Origin: Antedon mediterranea
Lineage: Eukaryota; Animalia; Echinodermata
Assembly (NCBI RefSeq): GCF_964355755.1
Contig: NC_092675.1
Coordinates: 6,133,812 to 6,197,811, forward strand
Direction: 5' to 3'
DNA: 64,000 nucleotides
Below are positions 54,489-64,000 of the stretch, piece by piece (position 1 is the stretch's first letter; every line of letters starts with the position of its first letter). The translations under genes were made by a program, and so were the position numbers. The notes under the pieces were generated by a model that saw only the letters and a program-made list of their open reading frames with translations, had not been told where the DNA came from and made no database searches.

Positions 54489-55896
54489 GGCCTGAGGATT
54501 CACAATTAAATAACAATTTCATATTATTAAGTACTCTAGAGTATAATGCAATTTGTAAACATTTCCATCCAGGTAAGCTTGGCTTGCTAACTTAAAGCTT
54601 GGCTTGATACTTAATTTGTAATCAAATTGTTTCTTTCATAGGTCTGAGCATGTTGAGATGGACCATATAGATGTTATTGCCACTATTGGTAAATATTGCT
54701 ATTTGTACTGTACATGATGATGTCATATCACTGCCATTGGGTATATCAGTACCATATTTAGGTACATCACACTTTTGTTCCAAACTAGTTTAATAGTGCA
54801 AACAGAGCTTTACAATTTAATTTACCACCATATCAACAGAAAGCATAATTATTACAAATTATTTTGTGTTAATGATATCTCTAGTTGTCAGGGCATAGGG
54901 AATTTGAATGTATCCAGTCCACAGATCACAATATTTATTACATTACACATTAAAGACACGTTTTTTGGTCCAATAGTCACAAACTGCATTTTATGTAAAA
55001 TTAAATACTATATGGGCCTACTGCAATAATACAGTAACTTGACTATGAATCATGATGCTATTGTTATAAATGTAGCAAGGGGAAAGGGGAAATTAAGACT
55101 AGAGTTATATATAGTATAGTAATACAGTAGTATTATCCGATCCTCTACACTATTAGTATTACAGTAATATTATTTCTATTTTCTTTACAGTTAAACATAC
55201 TGTGGAATTACTGTACATCAAATTTATACTTTTTGAACATTATTGTGTTGCAATTAAATTTTTCAATTGATTTCTGTTGTAAAATTTTACTAAATTATTA
55301 TTAGTATTATCTTTAGTAATTTTTCAGATTATAAAATTAGATTTAAAGATCTAAATACATGAATAACTTATTACAATATTACCTTTACGTATCAATTAAT
55401 GTAAAATCCAAGGATATTAAAATCCTTAATTAATCTATTAACTTTAGTATAATCTAACCAATTACCTACAATATTTAACATTTTTATAATCCATGGAGAT
55501 TTCCTACTTCCTTGAAATTTCTAGTACTAATTTTTTTTTTTCTGATTGAGCACCGCTGTCAGAAATTAAGTGGGGTTATTAGTTTATGCTGTAAATATTA
55601 ATTAGTTATAATGCAAAATAAAGTACTATAGCAAGAAATACGATACAAATTAAGGAGCACTACAGTAGGCAACAAGAAAAATCAATTCAACTGTACTATT
55701 GTTATAATCAAGTTTTAATCACAACATTTGTAGAGACAAGGTCAGTAAACCTGTCAGTGCTTATAATCAATTGAGTGAAAATATCAATACTGTAGGTTAC
55801 ATCATTAGAAATATCAGAGAGAGAAAGCAGTATATAAAGACCATCGTTTATCACCAACAATATAATATTATTATGATCTTTTTAACTACACTACAT

Positions 55897-56236
55897 GAGT
55901 GAGTGGCCGAGCGGAGTGAGTGAGTGGCCGAGCGGTAAAGACAGTGGAACCGTAATCACGTAGCCATAAAATCGGCAGGGGTTCGAGACTCACTCACTCC
56001 ATGGTTCTGGTGGTAGAACGAGTCTTCTCGGATAAGGACTATAAACCGTAGGTCCAGTGTACACAACTTGCTCGTGTGCACTTTAAAGAACCTAGTACAT
56101 CTTTCGAGACGAGTAGGGGGTTACCCTGGTGTATTAGTACATCACAGCCACTGATCACCAACTGGGCCCTCTGGGAGATCTGTCTTTGACTGAAGAGGTC
56201 ACCCAGTATAAAGATAAAACAAACAAACAAACAAAA
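55897..56236 (+). mobile_element. tRNA-headed SINE with Deu/Nin-type core and (AAAC)n tail
   Basis: A box TGGCCGAGCGG (duplicated) and B box GGTTCGAGAC. Core GTCTTCTCGGATAAGGACTATAAACCGTAGGTCC...TTAAAGAACC...GAGTAGGGGGTTACCCTGGTGT. Tail AAACAAACAAAC. Confidence 0.82.
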
Positions 56237-57211
56237 GTTTTCTTTAAAAATGTACAATTATACAAGTACTGTATTCCTTTATAAAAAATAATTGGTAACA
56301 CATATCAACTTCTTCTAAACAAAATAGAGTTACTGTACTTTCTCCAATGGCATTCTAAAATGCTCCAACCAATTTATATTGTATTACTATAAAATATCTG
56401 TAACTGGGCTGCAATGTCCAGGATGTAATCATAGAGTTGTATAAATAACAACTATAACATTTCCTTCCTATATGTGATGACAGGTACAGGTATGGAAGGC
56501 TTTAAAAAAAAGTATTACAATTATTCAGTTGAACAAAATCAAGTTTATTAAATTCAAGTTTTGTTTTTGATAAACCATGGAGGTATACTTTATTTATTTA
56601 GAAGTCTACACTTTTGAAACAGTGGCACATTTCATGACAAAGATGCACGCAAAAAACTCAAATTTTAGCTGAAATGAAAAGAAAAAAAGAGTAACATGAT
56701 AATATTTATATCTAAATTTAATATGAAAATTTAACGAAGTACAAAATACATTAATCTTTGCTAATCGTTTTATATAACTACTGATACTATACTAGAGTGA
56801 ACAAATATTTGTTCACAACCCACTGTAAATCTACTGTCAGATAAACTCTATCATCCATATCACACCATCAGTAAGCCGTGTTAACTGTGTATACTTTCGT
56901 AGTTTGGCACTGTACTTTATATAATTATCAGCGTAGAAAATGCCAAATAGGTAATAAAACAAATTGTAGGTACTTTGTTAGAATAATATCTTGAGATTTA
57001 ATGAATATTGTCTTCTAGAAAGCTATAAATAAACATCCATTGTGTATAAAAATATTCACAGGCAAACAAATAAATCAGTTTTATTTGACTTTACAGGGAA
57101 TAATTTCACCAGTGTAGCATAGCAAAAAGCTACTGTATACAAAACCACTTTATTGCTAAACATTGCTAAAATTGTGTAGCAAAAAATACAATACAAAACT
57201 ATGTTTCTCGA

Positions 57212-57320
57212 CAGTGGCGTATCCAGCAGGGGGCCAGGGGGGCCCGGGCCCCCTGATTTCGTTTCCGTCGGCACATCATCGCGGCCGTCGGCAAAAAAAA
57301 GGTGCCGGGGAAAAAAATAA
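57212..57320 (+). mobile_element. Terminal fragment of a CAGTGGCGTA-type (hAT-like) non-autonomous transposon
   Basis: CAGTGGCGTATCCAGCAGGGGGCCAGGGGGGCCCGGGCCCCC is a GC-rich terminus typical of such MITEs; the opposite end was not found. Confidence 0.5.
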
Positions 57321-58857
57321 ACTATTTATTCTGACAATAATTGAACTGTAAACATAATTCTTTTGAGTGTTTGTTTATTTACATATCATATCATCATTGA
57401 TCCCTTCAGATCAACTATTTTTTATTTTCATTACATCTAACGAAACACGTAAAAAATGTGTAGCACGTACGTAAGGCCGTACGCGGTAGATTGTTTACTC
57501 AAGAATCTTTGGCCTTACCCTATTCAACCTTGTTTTTGCATGCAGTTGAGCCTCTCATGACCTGGGATTTGTATGTCTTCCTACGCTAAGATTATATAGT
57601 TCCACATGCCATGTGCTTTTTTGTCTAAGATATATTTATTATAAGTGCCAAAAACCCGGTTTTTTTTCTCGATATGAGGTCTTTATTATTCAAAATTTTC
57701 ATCGTAAGCCAATCAAAGCTGAGCTTTCTCGCGATTGGCATTGCTCACGGTTGAATGATTTAGGATTCTAGCTGATTTGATTGGTGGATGCGAATCACCC
57801 GCAGCGGAATGTTTTCTCTCGCGCGTGTACCACGAATCTCTCTGATCGTTAATACACAAAGTTAGAGCAATGAATTTGTCCGAATTCCGTTAAGTAAACA
57901 ACTTTATATATTTTATAAGCATTTAATAACATGTTTTATTGATATTTCCAATGGTGATATATAAAATAAATTACTAAAAAACGTAATTATATGTAATTAT
58001 TTTAACCAAAAATGGCGTAGTTAATAGAATTGTCGACTGAGGCCGCAAATTGTTTTACTTCTTTCGTGGCTAAAAACGATCATTTTCGGCGATGTTTTAG
58101 ACCCTATATTTAGGGTAAGTAGTAATGCTATTGTGTTGTTGCACTTAATAAATATCTATTTTTAAGGCAAGTTTGAAAAAAAGAGTTTCTCGTTATTGCA
58201 CACATTCTATCATTCCTGCCGCTTTCTTGTTTCTTTTTAACAAAAATGTGTGCAAGTCTAGCAAGCTCACATCCAGTAAAAGTGTGTGGGTTATTTTGAC
58301 CAGAAATTTTGGTTTATTCCTAAAACTAACCGATCGCAAAATTTGTATGTGGATGCGAGACACCGCAAGATCTTTTTAAAAAAAATCGAACTCTTATGAC
58401 GGCCTTATATGACCTGTATATTTGTTGTGTACACAAACCTAATACAAGAGTTGGAATGTCCTTTTTAGATTTTAGACACTCGTGTAGTACGAACAAATGG
58501 TCAAATGGAATGGTCAAAAGTGGTAAGACTTTCAATGGCGAACCGGAATCTTTGTGTGTCCAATATCAAATATTTGTATTTTACTTTTTACTCGGGGTAC
58601 CCGAGTCTAGTACTTACTCATTTTCTCCTTCTCTTCCTCCATCTGGACACTATTGAGTAAAAAGTGCGATTTTTAAAGTACTACTCCTCCCTTATTCGTT
58701 ATAGTATTGAGCTGGGATTTGGCATGAACATACTACAGGGACATGTCCTCAAAGCTATAGAGCCGGATTTTTAATTTTTTGTTAATTAATTTGTTTAATT
58801 AAGAAGCCACAATGTGTGACACACACCACAGCGTTATGTAGTTATATGGTTATATGC

Positions 58858-58930
58858 GGATTCTTGGCGTAGTGGTTATCACGTTTGCTTAACACGCAGA
58901 AGGTACCTGGTTCGAGCCCGGACGAAACCT
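58858..58930 (+). pseudogene. tRNA-Val(AAC)-like sequence, degenerate
   Basis: GGATTCTTGGCGTAGTGGTTATCACGTTTGCTTAACACGCAGAAGGTACCTGGTTCGAGCCCGGACGAAACC, followed by a T-run. Anticodon AAC; two acceptor-stem mismatches. Confidence 0.7.
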
Positions 58931-59141
58931 TTTTTTTAAACTTTATGGTGAAAAGTACTGTATACGCAATATGATAATTATACAGAGTATATCTTATTTT
59001 TATTATTTTTTAAAATACTTATTTTGTGTAATCGGTAATTATCACTTTTACACATGTTTATTTTGCTTTGTGCTTATTACCATTTATTTGTAATTTAAAT
59101 GGATTAAAAAACTTTCTGTAACCCACAATTTTAATGTAAGA

Positions 59142-59213
59142 GGTTTCGTAGTGTAGTGGTTGTCAAGTCTGCTTAACACGCAGAAGGTCCCGGTTCGAGC
59201 CCTGGCGAAACCT
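59142..59213 (+). tRNA. tRNA-Val(AAC)-like gene, possibly a pseudogene
   Basis: Perfect acceptor stem GGTTTCG/CGAAACC, perfect anticodon stem TCTGC/GCAGA with a TT-AAC-AC loop, GGTTCGA T-loop and TTTT downstream. There is one D-stem and one T-stem mismatch. Confidence 0.6.
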
Positions 59214-61399
59214 ATTTTCTTTACTTTCTAACTGTATACGTCTGTATACAGCTTCTTTCGCTGTACCCCGAGTATTGCACATTCGTGCTTGTTCTATTTA
59301 TAGTGTACAGTACAATTTTTAATGGTATGCTTTCAGAAAAAAAATTATTAAATAAAATAAGCTACTGGTACTGCACATATGTTTCTTGATCCATGTGGTG
59401 ATCTGTTTAATAGTTCACATGCTTTAGGGATTGGAAATAATACTTATTTAGATTTTTTCCAGTCAATTTAACATTTTGAATGCATTTACAGTAACTGCAC
59501 TTGCACAGCATAAAGTAATAATCAATAAATAATATTGGTTCATGATAAAAACTTGGCAGTTTTTCCTCCATAATCAGCACTTTTATTGTTCCTTTACTTT
59601 TTTTTTTTTTGGTACATAGATTTGTTTTTCTGTCTGGGGTAAATAAAATGTGACAAGGTACATTAACTGATTATTGAATTATATGAAGTATATTAATTGT
59701 GAATAGGTTCTGTAAGTTTTTGGCTACAATACAATTATCATTACAAGAAGTGAGAGAAATCAGAGAGTGGAGACCTCTGCGAGAATAAAAAAGTGAAAAC
59801 AGATCCAGAATCGTGATCCTATTCCGGACATTGTCAAAAATTGATGTTAGTTGAGGTTGACGTACTGTAAAAAAATAATAATAATACTTAAAATGGTTTG
59901 AAACATGCTAGTAGAATTTAGATTAAAATTTAATTTCTTAAGTTTTAAACTTGTAAATTATTATATAGGCCTATTGTAATGAGCATGGAAAGGTTGGATT
60001 TATTGTTTTTATTCTACATTGTGTTGATTGTAAATGGTTTATGGTGGGTGGTACTATTTGTAATGATACCAATATTGATAGGCCTATAATTAATATATTA
60101 AATAAACTACCTTTCGTCGCTATGCAGCCAAATCAGGTGCAATTTGTTTACATCATTTGTTAAACCAAAATAATTGATAATATCTTTGTTCATTTTAAAT
60201 AATATCAATAAAAGAAGAATTTAATGAAGGAAGAACACTAACCTAGGCTAATTAAAAAACGGTTGCGTCAATTATTATATTATAGTAGTCAAGCAGTGTT
60301 TTGTAAGAAATATTTCTTGTTTTATTTATATTTATTATTAATAAATAATTTTCTCCATGAAGCTATAAAAACAAATCAATTTAATAAACATATCATATAT
60401 TTATCACTCAGTTCTCTCAATTACTGTCCGGCCTTTTTTATTTTTTTTTTATTTTATTGTTACACGGGAAGTTGCACAATGATGTTGTTAAAACCGCCTG
60501 AGCTGCTGGCTCACCGGTAGGTAGCCGCCGGTGTGGTTTCCGTATGTGTTTGGCCTAGCTAGCCGGTCCTACGTACGCACGCCGACAATTATTTGGAGTA
60601 TTAGAATAACACATATAATATGGATATTAAATAATCACAATTTAATCTTATAGTTTTATACTTACTTAAAGAAAATTAACGACTTCCACAACTATTATCT
60701 GATTTCATAAGCACTTGGCTGTTCTTGACTGACAACAGACAGATGTCCAGTACACGAGAATACCGCGCCGACGTCGATGATGAAATGACAAAAGAAAAAT
60801 TGTAGAAAGAGTTTTCGATTAAAAAAAACAACTAGCGCCACCAACGAAAAGTTAAATTCATAAAACTTTACAATACACACACGTCCACGTACACACGCAA
60901 GAATAGCAAAGACTAAATTTTGATGTACCGGCGGTGGGAACTTACAATGAACATTACTAATAACAGAAAGAACAATATAAACAGCTCTATTCATCCAAAA
61001 TGATACTCATAACGATGTTGTTCAGGCCTTTGTGGTTTGGGAGAAGCCCTTGACGTTAGCATTGAACGCAAATGTGTTTACCGGTGAAAAAAGTAGTTGG
61101 CTACAATCGAGCGCGCAGTAGAAATCGAAAAAATAGCTTACCTAATTCCTAAATCTCAATATTTTTCAAAATAAAAACAATATTTATTTCATTACAAAAA
61201 AAAAAATCCGCAGAGTTTCGAACCCAAGCTAGCGCATCTCTTAGAGTATTCGAACATAGCCTTAACCATTAACGCCAAAAGTACATTGACTGAGAAGCTG
61301 TAGTCTATTTTATACGTACTTCATATTACGTAATTCATCGTTACGTCATAAATATATTCATGACCGTCAAAGCTTGCATTAACCTGTTTATATCCAAGA

Positions 61400-61477
61400 T
61401 GATCGTTATTAGCTCAGACGACTGAGGTGCGTCGTGTTAACAACACGGATGTCATGGGTTCGAACCCCATGCGGTCG
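61400..61477 (+). pseudogene. tRNA-like (Ile/Val-type) Pol III head
   Basis: Acceptor GATCGT/GCGGTC, A box TAGCTCAG, anticodon arm CGTGT-TAACA-ACACG and T arm ATGGG-TTCGAAC-CCCAT. Confidence 0.55.
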
Positions 61478-62166
61478 TGGTGGAATAGCGTTAAAGCTAT
61501 TATGCTAATGTGTTTGGGGTTCACAGAAGAAGTAAGTCAATGCATCTGGTGATGCCGTGGACGGTGGAAACGACACAATGACCAGATGTAGGGAGAGGAC
61601 AATACTAGTACTGGGTCACCTAAATTTTGGTTCAGTCAGTATTCTCTTTTCTGTGGATTCGATCTCGTAAATTTTATGCTTTGCGCACTCAATTTTGAGA
61701 ACAAAAATACATGTCAGCAAATTAGGAACAAATGTAGAACATAAAGATGATGCCGATGGGGTGTTTCTGTAAGATCAAATACGCAATGTTGAGTCGTGAA
61801 AATTCCTGGGAGTCGCGGTCAAAAAATGTTGCGGAACGCTGATATAAAACAAATAATGAATGTTTTATATTCGTGTAATGGTAAAAATAATGGCATTTGG
61901 TGAATGATAAAAGGTTAGGCTAAATATCAACTCGGCGTTATTCTCAGGACTGGTTATTCTTTGATTGTTTTTTAGGGTGAGTTACTATAATTAGAAGTGT
62001 CAATAGTTTTTGTGACTCTAATAATAGTAATCCCCGTGGGTTACTATTAGAGTAGTGTGTTATTATTGTAGATTGACTTTACTATTAGAAGTCCGGGTTA
62101 CTATTAGAGTGTGGGTTACAATTAGAAGAGTACGGTATTAGTTTTACCTGGTTATATAAAGCAGAT

Positions 62167-62450
62167 GACTAGTTAGCTCTATCGGCAGAGCGTCGTGTGA
62201 GTAGCACGAATAGCCTGGGTTCAAATCCCATGCCGATACTTGAAAGAAGAAAGCTATCGAGCTTCTGCGTTTGGAGTTCCCAGACTTAAACGTCCCCCAC
62301 CACCCCTTTCCAATACACACATCATGAGGCGGTAACATCAAGGCATCTGATCGTGGACCCAGAGTGAGTACCGTCCTAGTAATAGAGGCGCGGCAGGGGA
62401 GAATTTTTCCTTCTGAAGAAATTACAAACTCAAGAAACACAGACAATGTT
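62167..62450 (+). mobile_element. tRNA(Ile-like)-headed SINE-like element
   Basis: Head GACTAGTTAGCTCTATCGGCAGAGCGTCGTGTGAGTAGCACGAATAGCCTGGGTTCAAATCCCA, followed by a GC-richer body with hairpins such as GGCGGTA/TACCGTC. Confidence 0.5.
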
Positions 62451-64000
62451 AACCATCAACTTATTCGATAAATTTCAGATAGATGATTTCAACTTAGTCA
62501 ATGTTCTTTAAAAATGTTATTAATAAAAGTTATTTCAAGACGGATGAAATGATCTCTGTAGACTGCGGTGTTTTATAATGGATCATCCAAACGAAGGTTT
62601 TACACTATTGATGGATGAGTCCAAGATACAGTTTACTGTACCAGTGAAGCAATACAGACACAAATTGATTTATAATATTTATTTATTTTTTATATATAGG
62701 CCTACAACGCAGCAGACAATTATGTTTAAGCATAGTTGTAAGTTGTACCTAACAGTTTCTGCCACCAATTAGCAAAGTATGCCAATGATTTATGCATTGG
62801 AAGCCCTTCCACACCAAATTATTAATTTTGGATATTTTAGTGCTTAGGTATTGTGAAATATCCCATGCATACATCCCGGCATTCCATATTTCAAATATGA
62901 TAAGTTTGTTTCATCTCAGTTGAATCATTTTGTTATTAGCGATAGAGAATATGAGCGTGATTTGTATTTGGATCACTATATAATAATAGGCCTACTACGG
63001 TATTATCATGTTGTACACTCATCAGTCAAAGTATAAAAAACCCCACATGTTTCCTTGCTACATAGGCTACGGCTCAAGGACCATGGTATAGGCCTATGGT
63101 AACTACTATATAACGCCTAAATACATTCCTGTCATTTGATTGGTCGATTGTGGATCACATGGCGTGCAATAGTACGCACTGTGAAACGATCGTTTACTTA
63201 GTATTTTTGTTCGTGTCAAAAAAAAAATAGCATGCCACATATTTTGTACTTTCGCCGTGAATGTTATGATTGGTTTCGCGTTGGAAAAAACATAATTAGC
63301 CTAGATGAGTTCCAGTTGCATATTGCAATATGTTATTATTAACTTTTAATATGAAAATGATTCTTTGAAAAATATTTCAAATTGTTCTTAGTAAAGTTCC
63401 CTTCTTATCTCCGCCCCACCCATCCATGCCTTCTTATCTCGCCAGAACTCCCCCCACGCAATACTCCATACGTCATACCTTTTAAACAAGTTTAAGTCAG
63501 TGATGTCGATTGGTGAATGGAGTTTCTAAAGACTCTAATGGACCAATCAGAAGACTTATGCCATCCAGCCTGGACATCTGTCGCAAACATAGTAAACAAT
63601 ATCACCAATGAAACATCAGCGACGTGGACAAATTCATTTTCGGCTTGCGTAATTTTGTTTAAAATACACGAAACAGACATAGACTCAACTAAACGCAGCT
63701 AAGGGTGCAACCTAAAATATCAAAATATTACTATAGACTGTTATATCTGCGTGAAAATGTGTGGTGAGTATCGATATATTCTCATTTTAGTTAGGCCATT
63801 GTGTACAGCTAAGATAAGAAAACGACTCAGCAGTAAGAAATGAGTTTCAACAACCTTCCACTCAGCGATAATCTAGGCCTAGCCAGGCCCACAGCTAGAG
63901 GTGTTTTTTTATGGGGTTTTTTAGTTTAATGATTGTAAGAACAATTTATTATGCTTTTGATATGTGAAAAGAAATGTATAGACTAGTCGTGTAGTACTAG

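Larger units (their letters stand above)
58585..59299 (+). mobile_element. Helentron-associated (HINE/DINE-1-like) non-autonomous element
   Basis: A T-run, then the subterminal IR ACTCGGGGTAC (58590-58600) inside the palindrome ACTCGGGGTACCCGAGT. The matching GTACCCCGAGT is at 59263-59273, followed by a 3' hairpin GCAC-ATTC-GTGC (59277-59288) and the terminus TTCTATTT. Confidence 0.65.

Noticed and set aside
60110-60800. Possible upstream 5'UTR exons of SLC4A11 (donor-like sites at ~60110 and ~60665)
   Set aside because: Plausible, but unsupported without transcript data and with no coding homology.

Overview
AT-rich, intron-rich animal genomic DNA. The gene structures and SINE types suggest an invertebrate deuterostome such as an echinoderm, but that is inference. 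Five spliced protein-coding genes were rebuilt by hand with consistent exon phases: mitochondrial prolyl-tRNA synthetase PARS2 (-, runs off the left edge), eIF2B beta (+), a SERBP1/HABP4-family RGG protein (-), ZNF367 (+) and a 17-exon SLC4A11-like transporter (-). They alternate in strand, forming head-to-head and tail-to-tail pairs. Introns and intergenic DNA hold many MITEs, tRNA- and 5S-derived SINEs (two with a Deu/Nin-type core), LINE fragments, minisatellites and one perfectly homogeneous 45-bp satellite. There are no prokaryotic features and no CRISPR array. Most notable: (1) several non-coding islands whose stems are strongly G-U biased, suggesting selected RNA structure, one directly behind a tRNA-like head; (2) a Helentron-like non-autonomous element carrying two tRNA-Val-like genes; (3) head-to-head SERBP1/HABP4-ZNF367 linkage matching the human HABP4-ZNF367 pair; (4) three independent duplications of 3' splice sites, two followed quickly by in-frame stops; (5) a GC-AG intron in SERBP1.
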